This document shows, piece after piece, positions 11,957-23,965 of a DNA stretch of 55,273 bases. Made by a program: the position numbers and the translations under genes. Below the pieces are notes generated by a model. The model was not told the origin of the DNA and made no database searches. It saw only the letters and a program-made list of their open reading frames with translations. This DNA is from Prorocentrum cordatum (lineage: Eukaryota): positions 62,001 through 117,273 of the forward strand of contig CAUYUJ010000171.1 of assembly GCA_963575745.1 (NCBI GenBank), read 5' to 3'. Every line of letters begins with the position of its first letter. The stretch's first letter is position 1.

Positions 11957-13460
11957 ATCATCTTAAGACTGTTCGCCCTTATCTGCTCGAGTGTCCAATA
12001 ACGTGTATTTCCCAAACCCTGGATACCCGCCCTCCCCGTCTTCGATCGAACCCCTTCTGGGGGGTATACCTTTCTTCCCTGCAGGCCAGGCCCCGGCAAG
12101 CGGCGGGGCGGCCGCGGATCGTCGGCCTGGCCAGCGGCAGCGCTGATCGGCGGATCGGCCGCGGACCGTCGACCCGACCCCCAAAGGGACGAACAGGGGA
12201 CCAACCACGACGAGGACGACGACGACGACGTCGACGACGACGGCGACGACGACGACGACGGCGACGACAACGACGAGCGAAAGCGAGAGCGAGAGAGAAC
12301 GACAGCAGGGCCACGACGGACACGAAGTAGGCCACGAAGCGCGACAGCGGGGACACGAAGAGAATACGTATGGGGCCACGAAGAGCGCGAACGAGCGGGG
12401 GTCACGAAAGGCAGATAATGCGGGGCCACAGAAGGCAACGATGGGGCCACTGAAGGTAGCAACTGGGCCACGTAGGACACTGAGGGGGCCACACACGGCG
12501 ACAGCGGGGCCACGAAGTGCATGCACGGGGCCAAAACGGGCGCGAACGAGCGGGGGCCACGCAGTGCATACGTATATTGGGCCGCGGAGGGCAAGAACGG
12601 GGCCACTGAGGGCAGCAACGGGGCCACGAAGGGCAGCGAGGGGGCCACGAAGGGCGACAGCGGGACCTCGAAGGGCATGCATATGGGGCAACCAAGGGCG
12701 CGAACGAGCGGGGGCCACGAAGGGCATACATATATGGGGCCACGAAGGGCAGCGAGGGGGCCACGAAGGGCTGCAACGGGGCCACGAAGGGCAGCGAGGG
12801 GTCCACGAAGGGCTGCAACGGGGCCACGAAGGGCTGCAACGGGGCCACGAAACAAAGCGATGGGGTCACGAAGGGCTGCAACGGGGCCACGGCTGCAACG
12901 GGGCCACGAAGGGCAGCGAGGGGGCCACGAAGGGCTGCAACGGGGCCACGAAACAAAGCGAGGGGGCCACGAAGGGGCCACGAAGGGCAGCGAGATCCCG
13001 ATTCCTGGGTAATCTGTGAGGGAATCCTAAGCGTGAGCGCGACTCCTGGGTGCCTGGGTGTCGGGAGCGCGGCGCTTGAGTAAATTGCAAGAAAGTCCAA
13101 CGCAAGGGCGCCGCTATTCTATAGTAAATTGCAAGCAAGTCTCCAGCGAGAGCGCGACTCCAGAGCGCCGGCAGAGCGATTCCTGAATAAATTGTAAGGA
13201 AGTCCCAAGCGAGAGCGCGATTCCGGAATAAAATGCGAGGAAGTCTTGGGCGGGAGCGGGGGTCCTGGCTAAATTGTAAGGAAGTCTCAGGCGGGAGCCG
13301 CTGTTGTTGTAAACCGGGGGCCAACGACACAGTTTGACCTTCAAGACTTTCCCTGATACAAAACAGGGTGCGAGCCCCGGGAAGGGCACTTCAATCGACA
13401 AAAAAACAATGTGCGCTGGACGGGGGGGATCAACAACAATTATTCTTCAGGAGTTCACCA
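11957..13460. repeat. Dispersed composite repeat, homologous to the tandem units at 53322-55273 (partial copy 26500-26805)
   Basis: Starts aatcatcttaagactgttcgccctt; contains a (GAC)n tract, an expanded ggggccacgaagggc array and aaattgtaaggaagtc repeats. Confidence 0.9.
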
Positions 13461-16027
13461 ACAAGAAGAATCCGCATCGCGGAATTCCGCTTCAGCCACG
13501 CACCCAGGGACAGTGAATGACCGTTCGGTTCAGCCCCCTCACTTTGACGACAGACAGGGAGGAATGAGCATCCTATACATCACATGACGCTCGCGTCGGT
13601 CGGCGATCGCGCGCCTGCAACCTGCCTGCATCTTGACCGCTACTTCTGGCCCCCAGGAACAAGATTGTCCTGGGGGGAGGCAACCGGTCCGAATTGGATA
13701 TCTACTCCGAGTTTCTTAATACGCGTCGGGGGGGCGTCACCCCCGCCGACAGCCCCACATCGACCCCCGTCGCGGGCAGCCACCGCGCGCCGAAGGCGCT
13801 CCGACCCCCGTCGCGGCGCGACGACGAGGCGAGGCTGACCCCCGTCGGGGGGGGGACCCCCCCCGCGCTTATCAAGAAACCCAGAGTAGGTATCCCGCCC
13901 AGGCAGCAAGGAGGAGGAGGAGGAGGAGGAGCAGAAGGAGGAGGGGGAGGAGGACGAAGAAGAGGAGAGGAGGCGGAGGCGGAGGAGGAGGAGGAAGACG
14001 AGGAGGAGGGGGAGGAGAAGGTGGAGGAGAGGTATCGCGCAGAAGCGGGGAACGTCAGAATCCGCCCAGGCAGGGCCGAGGCCACGCATGGCCTCGCGAA
14101 ATTCCCCCACCTCCGCGCCGCCAAGAACCCTCCGCGCGGGGACGAGACAGCACTTCTTTGGCCGGAGTTCGAGACGGGCCAACTCAGCAGCAGCTTCGAA
14201 GTGGGAGCAAGGGGAGCAAGGAGAGATCAGGGAGGGGGACGCCCAAGTCATCGGCGCAGGCACCAGCAGCGAGGAGAAGGGGGGAGTTGGAACGACCTGG
14301 CGCGTCCCTCTCGGGAGCCACGGGGCGGAGGCTGAACTGCGAGAGCCGCGTTGCCCTCCTCGCAAGCGGCGGTGATGCGGCGACAGACTGGGCCCGCCGC
14401 CAAGGCCCGCAGCGCGCCGCTCAGGGGACGTCCCTGAGGGGCCCCGCGAGAGATTTCAGAAAGACGGTGCCTCTTGGACCCAACCTTCAAGAAGCCGACA
14501 CTGTCTGACGCGAGCGCCCGAATCGCATTCACATACCTTCGGGGATTTGCACCTCAGGAGGGCAGCGCGGAACCACTGATTGGACATACTATGGAGCGCG
14601 GCTCGAATATCATATGAAGTAAAACTGGGACGACGCCCAGGAGCACCCTCACCAGTGCTGCTCAAGCGGGCCTCAGGCCTGAAAACAACCGTAACATAAC
14701 TTCACGCAAAGCACCTCCAGCTGATGGGACAGCCCTCCACGCGCTTCGCGGGGGGCGGTCAGGGCAAGGGGGGAGGCCCTCCAGCGTTTCAAAGCTCTCG
14801 CAGGATCTCCGGGGGCGGGGAGAGGGAGGTGGGGGGCGACGGTCAAGATATTGGGAGATGGCGGCCACAGAGCCCGACGCCGCCGCGAAAATGGGCTGCC
14901 AGCGGGGCCTGATCAGCGCGCCCATCCCGGAGGAGTCGCGGCAGACGGAGTCGACGCCGCTCTGCGCGTGCTTCAGGCTATTGAGAGCCAGGCGCCTGCG
15001 CGAAGGGTTCCACGCCAGCGCCTGCCGCAGCGACGTCTGGTAGATCTTCGCGCGCTCTGGAATGCCCGCAGGCGAGGCGTCGCCATGTGCCCGCCAGTCG
15101 CGAGCACGTCGGCCAGCAGCGCGAGCAGCCTCCAAGACAGCCCCCTCAAAGCGCAACTGGCTGGTGGCGAGCGTCGCATCGCGGAACTCGGCGGGGCGCG
15201 CGATGTAGACAGCGCCGTCCTCAGCGATGTCAGCGAAGCGCCCGGCGAGCGGTGGCGACCCACGAAGGCGGAGTGCGAGCCGAGCATCCTGACGCCACGC
15301 CGCCCGAGCGAACGCACCGCAGCGTCGCGCACTTCGGCTCGGCCGCCCTGGTGCCAGCAGGCGGCCGGATCCCTGTTTGAAGTTCGCCGCAAGTAAGACA
15401 GACCAGCGGCCAGGTGCATCGGCCCTTTTATGCGCAGCCACTTGGCGTCGGCGTCGAGCTCGTCCAACTTTGCGCCGCCGACGCAGTTCTGAAGAGTCTC
15501 GCGGCACTTGGGCCGCTTGAAATGAAGTTGGGGATCGAGCACATCTCATGCGACGGCGGCCGCTCGGGAGCGTGGTCTAACACGGCCCAGTCCGACAAGG
15601 CCTCTTGGATAACATCCACAGTGGCGTCGCAACCAGCAACAAAACGCGTGCACAGCGAAACGAAGAACCGATCAATCGCGCTCGAAGTCTCCGCGGAGCG
15701 AGTGTAGTGCGCGGGGAACGGACTCTCGAGCTTCATCATGCCGTAGCCGGACAGGTGACACAAGAAGGCTTCAACCTGAGACGCACGGCCATCGCAAGAC
15801 AATAAGATAATCTGGCCTGACGTCTCTGCGGGAAGAGTGAGGACTGGTCGACAGCGTCGCTCACGTTGAAGTCACCCACGTCGACGGCCAGGCGGGACAG
15901 CTCGCCATGCTGATCCCACGCCGCATTCTGATGCCAACAAGCGCGAGTGGGACCACGGGGTTCTCGTGGGATGTCGCAGGCTGTGCACGCTCGTGATCCT
16001 CACCTCTTTGCCCGTCGAGGGACTAGG

Positions 16028-16197
16028 TAGACGTCGTTAATTTCTAATCGTGCTCGTTTCTAATTGTGCTTGCTTCTAATTGTTCCTGGCCCCCTGGTGG
16101 CCAGGAAGAGGCCCAGGATAGAACACTTAGAAATGAAAGCATCTTTGCTACCAAAAAAACAAAACATGTTCGAATAATTAGAAATGAACAATGTGTA
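16028..16197. mobile_element. MITE family G, inserted in the LINE APE domain (second copy 24192-24361)
   Basis: Imperfect TIR tagacgtcgttaatttcta / tagaaatgaacaatgtgta. Shares the core gtggccaggaagaggcccaggatagaacacttagaaatgaaag with 24261-24303. Confidence 0.75.
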
Positions 16198-17245
16198 CGT
16201 CCATGGACAAGGATGTGATGATCCACCTGCGGGATCTGGTCAGAAGATGGTCGGTCGAGGGTGTCCTGAAAGCGCCAATGGAGGACGCTTGCGACGACAC
16301 CCTTTTCAGCCCGCACGTCATTGAAAACAGCACTCACGTCGCCCTCTTAGCACGGGAAGCCTCAGGAGAACAGGTTGCAGGTAATGCTGAACTGGTTGAG
16401 GAGAGAAGTGGGAATAATCTCGTGGCCATAGACGTCCTGGAGACAGAGGACGCGCCGTGAGAGAGGAATGCGCTCGATCTTCTGAAACGGTTGCCGTCGG
16501 CGCTTGTGCTTGTAGCAACAGAGACCACGTGCGTTCCAGCTCGCCACGCGGAGCTCTGGTGAGCCGCCACTGTCAACTCCTCATGGCCTGTCAACGTCCC
16601 GTGGCAGCCACCGCTCGTTTGGATAAGGTCTACGCAGGCGTGTCCACACACTGGAACTGTTGGCGGAATTGGTCGGCAAGCGCGGAGAAATTGATCTCGA
16701 GCTGAGTGGTGCCCTCAGGAGACACCGCGAGCTTAGTCGGGCCGTTGACGCCCTGGAGGACGACCTCCAGAATCGGGATCGAATTGGCGCTGATGCGCCT
16801 TTTCGCACGAAGGAATCGCCATTCATGCTGGGGCCTTACGCGCTGAAGAAGTCCGAGGAATCTCTTGCCCTGCATTTCTCGTCGAACTTACGTTGGACTT
16901 TTGTCGGGGTTGATGTAGAGCGCATCCCGGGTACCACTGACAGAGAGGGCCATGACGACGACACGTTTCTCCAGGGGGCTGAAGCTGCTGAGCCTGCCGC
17001 ACTGCGGGAACCACACCAGGCGCGCCCCCAGGGAGATGAAGAAAGAGAACCTTGCCAGGCGACTGCCCATTCAGCGTGTCCTGCTCGTCTGTGATGCTAG
17101 TGTCGGTGGCCCCGGGAGCGATGCCGTTCTTGAAATGTTTATTAATGGCGGGTTGTGCGCAGCCGATCCTTAAGATGCTCGGCTCGGGTGGCCTGTCGTA
17201 GTTGGCCAGGCGCGAGGTCGACAACTCCTGGAGCATCGTCGCGAG

Positions 17246-17262
17246 CTTGTGCCAAAAACAGG
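17246..17262 (-). other. Relict dinoflagellate spliced leader at the LINE 5' end
   Basis: Minus strand reads cctgtttttggcacaag, an 11/12 match to the SL 3' end ttttggctcaag. ATG follows 9 nt later. Confidence 0.55.
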
Positions 17263-18178
17263 AGGAGAAGAAGGAGGAGGAGGAGTAGGAGGAGAAGGAG
17301 GAGGAGGAGGAGGAGGGGGAGAGGGAGGAGGAGGAGGAGGAGGAGGAGGAGGAGGAGGAGGAGGATGGAGGAGGAGGGAGGGAGGAGGAGGAGGAGGAGG
17401 GCCGAGGAGGGCCGTCCTCCTCCTCCCTCCTCCTCCTCCTCCCTCCTCCTCCCCCAGGTCCATCTTCGAAGCGCACAGGCTGGAGCGGGAATCTCAAAGC
17501 ATCCTTGCGCGGCGCTTCGGTGAGAGCACCATGGAGGCCTGTCGCGCGCGGCCCAAACTCCGCAGGGACAGAGGGGATGCGAAATACGCGCAGATCCCCG
17601 ACGGAAGCGCCACGTTCTACGACATCTGCGGGGCGCTCGGAAGAGAGCGACATTTAGCCCGCTCGCGTGCAGTTCCCGCTACTAACGACTGGGCGAGCGA
17701 GAGATACGCGCAGCGCTCAAGCGGGAGCGCCACTTCCAAGCAACATCTGCGCGGCGCCTGCGCAAGAGCGACGTGTCGCCCGCTCGAGCACACGCCCCGA
17801 TGCCGACACGTGGACGAGCGAAAGGTACGCGCCGCTCCCAAGCGGGAACGCACATGTCGGAAACACGCGCGCGGTGCTGCCTGGGACGATGGCGACAGTT
17901 CGCTCTCTCGCGCGCGGCGCGCGCCGCGCCCCACGCGGGGGGGGGGGCAGGCTGGGCCGGGCCAGGTCAGGCAAGCCTCGAGCGCTACGTTCCTCCTCCT
18001 CCTCCTCCTCCTCCTCCTCCTCCTCCTCCTCCTCCTCTCTGCCACCCATGTTGCAGCATCGACGACGAAACGGCAACGTTGCAATGCAGCAGCTTCGCTC
18101 GCCCTCAACGGACCGGAGGGCCCTGCCCGCTCAGGATGGCCATCGGGGCGCAGGATAAGCGAGTGGGGCAATCTACCT

Positions 18179-18373
18179 TCGGGAGCGGCCAAGAGGGGGG
18201 TTTCCAAGAGGGGGGAGTGCAAATCATGGCCGGCGGCATGTGCGCGGCCCAGCGGGGGGGCCAGGGACGTACGTATTGAAATCAGAAGAGTTGCCATGAA
18301 ATCGAAGGAAAATCATGGCCCCCGCCATGATATCCACCCCCCCTAGTCATCACCCCCCTCTTTGCCGCCCCGA
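18179..18373. mobile_element. MITE family A, copy 2
   Basis: tcgggagcggccaagagggggg ... cccccctctttgccgccccga; no clear TSD. Confidence 0.85.
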
Positions 18374-18612
18374 TATCTGTGAGGAGCCAGGATAGGAGGA
18401 CAGGAGTAGGAAGAGGTCACATACCCTGTGGGACGAGCCTTGCAACCACATCTGTGGCTACTCATCGATTGGCAGGCTCGAAGGCAGGTTAACCCCGCCT
18501 GGCATGTACTGCCATATTGCCGAAGAGCTGCGCTCGGTGCAAGCAAAAAGCACGGCTTTCAAGGAAACGACTGATCATGAAAGCCGAGAGCAGCAAGGAG
18601 CGGAAAGAGGAA

Positions 18613-18794
18613 TACAGTCGAGGCCTTGACCTAAGGAACCCTAAATAAGGAACGAGAGGCCCCTTTTACCCATAAGATGAACTTCGGTTTCCTATCGAAA
18701 AGAGAAAGGAAACCTGAGGCAAGCTGTGAAATACTTAAGGAACGCGGAGCCCCTCCCCAACCAAAAGGGTTCCTTCTTCAGGGCCCCGACTGTA
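18613..18794. mobile_element. MITE family H (other copy 45803-45981 with a partial tandem copy at 45660-45795; related sequence at ~20086)
   Basis: TIR tacagtcgaggcc / ggccccgactgta; shared ttgacctaaggaaccctaa. Confidence 0.8.
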
Positions 18795-19257
18795 GGAGGT
18801 GGAATGCACTCGAGCAGACCGCCTGCGCTCTCGCACGCGCCCCCCCCCGCGACCGGAGCGCTCGCGGAGCGAGCCAGGCCTCCGCCCTGCGCGGCCGCCT
18901 GCCCGGGGCGGCTCGGCATTGCTGCGGCGCTTCATTACCCATCTGATCGTATGAAGCAGGGGAGCCTGGGCCAGCAGGTGGCGGGCAGGTCGATGCGTCA
19001 GACGGCGAGGGAACTTCCAGGCCTCGAAGATCGAGGGCCGAGACACGATGTGCAGGGGGGGCCTGGGCCAGCAGATGACGGGCAGTTCGATACGCCAGAC
19101 CGCGAGGAAGCGTCCAGGCCTCGAAGCTCGAGGGCCGAGGTCCGACGTTTCTCGCCGTCTCCGGCCCCTGCTGTGGCCTCTGGAAGCCCCGTCCGACAGC
19201 ACACACCCACAGCCCCCCCCCCCGAATTCCACCCCGAGATATCTGGGGGGGCGCATA

Positions 19258-19468
19258 TCGGCGGCGAGCGAGCGAAGGGGGGAAATGAGAAGGAGAAGGC
19301 CTTCTCAGAAGGCGGAGGCTCGGAAGTCCCCTGGCCGTCAGACAAGTGTTCTAAGCAGTCCCCGACGAGACAGACAACTTTTCGGAAGGCGCGAGGGCTT
19401 CCGAGAAGTCCCGCCGCCCTCTGAGAAGGCCTCGTCCTTCTCGCATTCCCCCCCTCGCTCGCCGCCGG
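19258..19468. mobile_element. MITE family J, copy 1
   Basis: TIR tcggcggcgagcgag / ctcgctcgccgccgg; 5-bp TSD gcata. Confidence 0.8.
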
Positions 19469-19888
19469 GCATAGGAACGGATGCCACGGCGAGGGCATGT
19501 GTTTGTTCCCTACCTAGGCTCTGCCTAGAAGGGTTCTTACTCTCTTAGCTTAAAGGGGCTGGGCAGTGGAAATCGCCCCGGGCGGTTCCCCCAGTCCCCT
19601 GGGAGCGGTTCCCCCCAGTTCCCTGGGAGCTTTAGCTTTAGCTTTAGCTTTAGCTTAGCTTTAGCTTAGCGTTACTGTTACTACTACTGCTGCTTTCCTA
19701 GGGGTTCCAACTCCTAGGTAGGGTCGCACTGGGACAGTTCTCTCTGCAAGGGCGAAGGCCCGCGGTGAGGTGAATTCCATGCAGGACGGCAGCGCGCGCT
19801 CGGCCGCCGCGGCGGCCGACCTCGCCGCGGGCTCGCGCCTCCCGCACCGCCTGGCCCCTGGAAGGAATCTGGGGCCTGGAGGGAAGGA

Positions 19889-20071
19889 CACTCCAGATTT
19901 CGTAATGAAAGGGAGGGGGTCTGGACCCTCCAAGACAAGCCATTTCAGACCTCCCCCGTGGGAGAACCCCCCAAAACATCGTCCCCAGACCCCCCAGGCC
20001 CTCCAAGACAGCCTGGAAGAGACCCCCCCCCGAAATGAGACCCCCCTCCCTTTATTACGAAATCTGGAGTA
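19889..20071. mobile_element. MITE family F, copy 3
   Basis: cactccagatttcgtaatgaaa ... ttattacgaaatctggagta, flanked by agga/agga. Confidence 0.9.
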
Positions 20072-21633
20072 AGGAACCATCGGATACAGTCGGGCCGCTG
20101 AAAGAAGGAACGCTCAATAAGGAACGAAACCCCTTCTTGGCCCTGTAAGCGCCTCCGTGCCCCAGGAGGGCAAGAGGAACAGCGCTGGAGGGACCTAAGG
20201 AGCATCGAGCCCCTTCCGAACCCAAACTATTCCTTATTTCAGCGTCTTGACCCCAAGGAACCCAGGGCCTGGAAGCGGGTGGCACTCCAATCGTGGGTTG
20301 GCCATGGGCACCACGGCCGCCCTCCTCCTCCTCCTCCCTCCTCCTCCTCCTCCTCCTCCTCCTCCTCCTCCTCCTCCTCCTACCTCCTCCCCTCCTCCTC
20401 CTCCTCCTCCTCCTCCTCCTCCTCCTCCTCCTCCTCCTCCTCCTGCTCCTCTCCTCCTCCTCCTCCTCCTCCCTCTCCTCCTCCTCCTCCTCCTCCTCCT
20501 CCTCCTCCCTCCTCCTCCTCCTCCTCCTCGCCCTCCTCCTCCTCCCCCTCCTCCTCCTCCCCCTCCTCCTCCTCCTCCGAGGAGGAGCCCTCTCCAAGGC
20601 CAGAGCCCCCCGTGGGGGCACCAGAGTGTACCGATGCCGCTGATGCCCAGACCTCTCTCCGGGGTGCGTTCTGCCCAGGACTCCGAGGCGAGTGCCGCGG
20701 TGGCGACGAGGGCCGCCCAGGAGGCCCCCCCCGAAAAGGGAACACAAGGCCAGGGCAGCAGGATGGGTCTCCTCTGGCTCCTGGGCACATTCTCCAACGA
20801 ACGCCCCCGCCGTAGTTGTCAGCTCATGACTCGCAGCCGGCTGGCCCCAAGGAGGGCTCGACCCCTCTCCATGAGGCAGCCTCTCGGCCAGGACTTCTCT
20901 CTGCCCGTGCCCGGGGATCAGAGGTCAGAGGTGGCCCCAGCGGAGGCCAAACCTGAGGGAAAACGCCAAGACTGAGAATTTCAAAACCGTGCCCTGGTCG
21001 ACCCCCTGGGCTCGAGACCTGGCTGCGGCCCACGGTTCAAAAATCGTGACGGCGGGTTGTCCCACGTGTTGGCCTGCACGGTTTCCCCCGGGGCCGTAGG
21101 CGACCCGAGGAGAGGAGGAGGAGGAGGAGGAGGAGGAGGAGGAGGAGGAGGAGGAGGAGGGGGGGGAGAGGAGAGGAGGAGGAGGAGTATGGAGGAGAGA
21201 AGGAGGAGGAGGAGGGAGGGGGAGGAGGGGGGGAAGGAAGGAGGAGGAGAAGAGAGGAGAAGGAAGAGGAGAAGAGAGGAGGAGGAGGAGGAGGAGGAGG
21301 AGGAGGAGAGGAGGAGGATGAGGAGGAGGAGGAGGAGGGAGGAGGAGGAGGGGGGCTCGCCTAAGCCCTTCGGAGAAACCGTCCACCTGGGACCGGCAGA
21401 GAGCGCCTCGGTATGCAGTCTTCTGCGTCGAGCGATCCCCACCCGAGAACGCGAGGCGGGATCCCTGGGGAGCACTGGCACACTTTGGGCCTGGCGGCAG
21501 CGGCATTCTGTCGTCCCTTGTCGAAGACACTCGGCGGGATCCCCGGGGTGCACGGGAACACTGTGGGCCTGGCGGCCGCTGTGCAGGATATGCGAGGCGG
21601 GTCGGGAGCCCTTCTTTCAATCTGCAGCCTGTC

Positions 21634-22034
21634 TCGGCGGCGAGCGAAGGGGGGAAATCCGGGGGCGCGCAAGCATGGATTAGCGATCCATGGATTTGGC
21701 GCGCGGTCGCCAAATCCATGGAGCGGGGGAGGTGCCCTCCCCAAAATGCGGCTGGTGGCGCCTCGCTCGGCGGCGGCAATCAACGATGTCCTATGGAAAC
21801 GGGAACCGTCGCTAATCCGCGCCCCCCTTAATCCATGTTTGCGATCGCTTGAGACATGAGACGGGGCGGGCCGTCTCGGAAGGCTCGGAGGCCCCCGCGG
21901 CCTACTGAGAAGTTGTCTGAGCCTTCCCAGAAGACACCGAAACATATCTCGGAAGGCGCGAGCGCTTCCGAGAAGTCCCGCCGCCTTCTGAGAAGGCCTT
22001 CTCCTTCGCACCCTTCCCCCTCGCTCGCCGCTGG
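21634..22034. mobile_element. MITE family J, copy 2, with a nested palindromic element at 21659-21852
   Basis: 5-bp TSD ctgtc. The nested element (gcaagcatggatta / taatccatgtttgc) is flanked by gaaat/gacat and is absent from copy 1. Confidence 0.8.
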
Positions 22035-22849
22035 CTGTCGGGTAGGGACAAACTGGCCCCAGGGAAAGGGTCGAGATCCCTGGGGGGCCACGTCACGAAC
22101 CAAAAATAGCGACGTCGGAGGAGCGGGGATATCGCAGTCCTCTCGCTACAACCAGGCGTTCGAAAAGTGGGAATAGGGGGGTCAGAGGAAAATTGCGATG
22201 GGCAGCCCCTGAGTGGAGGAAAGAGGCTCCAAGGGGCTCCCAAGAGGCTCCCATGATGCCCCCAAAAGGCCCCCAAGAGGCTCCCAAGAGGGGGCCAAGA
22301 GGCCTCAAAACTGCTCCCGAGAGGCCCCTGGGTCAGCGCGAAGGATCCTGCAAAGACCCTGCGGGATCCTGCACGCTTTCCATGCTGACTCGTTTTTTGA
22401 CGGCCCCTGGGCCCGGCGAGGGCCCCTCGAGGCCGAAAAATGCGAAAAACCTACGTCTTGATGTTTTCAATACGTTGGATCTCTGGGCAGGCTCCTGCAA
22501 GAGCGGGCGCCCTGGCGGACCGCCCCCGCTCGCACCGGCCCCCGCCTCCTATGGGCTCCTGGCCCTGGGCTCGGCCCGTCCCGCCGGCCGCCCGGGAAGG
22601 GGCCCCGCAGACAGCTCCTCCTCTCCTCCTCCTCCTCCTCCTCCTCCTCCTCCTCCTCCTCCTCCTCCTCCTCCTCCTCCTCCTCCTCCTCCATCTCTCC
22701 TCTCTCCTCCTCCTCCTCCTCCCTCCTCCTCGTCCATCTCCTCCTCCTCCTCCTCCTCCTCCTCCTCCTCCTCCTCCTCCTCCTCGTCTTCGTCCTCGTC
22801 CTCGTCCTCGTCCTCCTCCCTCCTCCCTCCTCCTCCTCCCCCCCAAAAA

Positions 22850-23965
22850 CGGCTCGAGATAGCCTCCAAGACGGCCAAGACGGACTCCAAGTTCGCCCAG
22901 GATGGTCCCAGGTGGCCTCGAAAGACGACGGTCCGAGGGCGTCCAAGCTGTCTACAAGCTCGCCTCGGGAGCCTCCCAGACGGCCCAAGATGGCCCCAAC
23001 GAGGTCTCCAAGACGGCCCAAGACGGCCCCCAGGAGGTCTCCAAGATGACCCAAGAGGACCCCAAGATGGCCTCCAGGAAGGCCCGAAGAGGCCAAACAT
23101 CACTGATGTTCCTTAAGTTGTTTGGACAAATGTTGCCATTTGCTTCTTTTCGGCCTTCCGACGGCCCGACATGGCCCAAGAGTCCGCAAAGATCACCCCA
23201 AGATCGCCCACGAGTCCTCCAAGATGGCCCCAGAACGGCCCGAGATGCCCCCAAGACGGCCAAAAGAGGGCCCCAAGACGGCCCAAGAGGCATCCAAGAC
23301 GCCCCAGATGGCCTCCAAGACGGCCCTGGAGCACCCTAAGAGAGCCCCAAGTCGACCCAGAGAGGCCCCCCAAACGGCTTCCCACAACGTCAGACGGGCC
23401 AGGAGGCCGTCAAGACGGCCCAAGATGGCTCTAAGATGGCCCAAGACGGCCCAAGAGGTCCCCCCAAGAGGTCTTCAAGACGGCCCAAGAGGTCCCCAAG
23501 ATGGCCTCCAAGGCCCCAAGAGGCCAAGGTCACTGATGTGTCTTGATTTGTTTGTTGACGGATTTTGGCATTTGCTTCTTTTCGGCCTTCCGACGGCCCG
23601 AAACGGCCCACGAGCCCGCAAAGATCGCCCCAAGATCGCCCAAGAGGCCTCCAAGATGGCCCCAGAACGGCCCAAGAGGCCCCCAAGACGGCCCCAAGAC
23701 GGCCCAAGAGGCCTCGAGCATGCCCAAGATGGCCTCCAAGACGGCCCTGTAGCACCCTAAGAGAGAGTCCCAAGTCGGCCCAGAGAGGCCCCCAAGACGG
23801 CTTCCCACAACGTCAGACGGGCCAGGAATGCCCCAAGACGGCAAAAGAAGCCTCCGAGAAGCCCCCAAGGCCCCCAAGAGGCCCAAGGAGGCCCCCAAGA
23901 TGCTTCCAAGAGGCTCCCAGGAAGCTCCCAGCAGGCCCCAAGAGTGCCCCCAGAAGCTTCCCAGA
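22850..23965. repeat. ccaaga(c/t)ggc-type satellite-like family (also 22225-22330, 29040-29365, 44020-44110; inverted at 38725-39460)
   Basis: Dense ggcccaagacggccc / gcctccaagatggcc motifs, with a ~430-bp internal duplication. Confidence 0.85.

Larger units (their letters stand above)
13600..17262 (-). mobile_element. Degenerate LINE (non-LTR) retrotransposon: ORF1 remnant plus ORF2 with APE endonuclease and reverse transcriptase; many stops and frameshifts
   Basis: Minus-strand motifs in canonical order. APE: ASWNARGL (~16520-16545), VLCLQD (~16433-16450), ITSVH (~15985), VGDFN (15865-15879), SAIDRFF (~15665-15685), DHAP (~15570). RT: YDIRAALHSMS (~14585-14615), RGAPQGRPLSG (~14417-14450, QGxPLS motif), GACADDLG (14241-14264, YADD-like), LRPKKCCLVP (~14140-14170), Y-LGF (~13875-13895). 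ORF1-like text at 16630-17236. Interrupted by a MITE (16028-16197) and a (GGA)n tract (13910-14030). Confidence 0.85.

Noticed and set aside
16191..17094. Plus-strand ORFs 16191-16460 and 16660-17094 as genes
   Set aside because: They are antisense shadows of the minus-strand LINE ORF1/APE, which carries the recognisable motifs.
19630..19670. (TTTAGC)n resembling a telomeric repeat
   Set aside because: Only about 7 units and differs from TTTAGGG; treated as an ordinary microsatellite.
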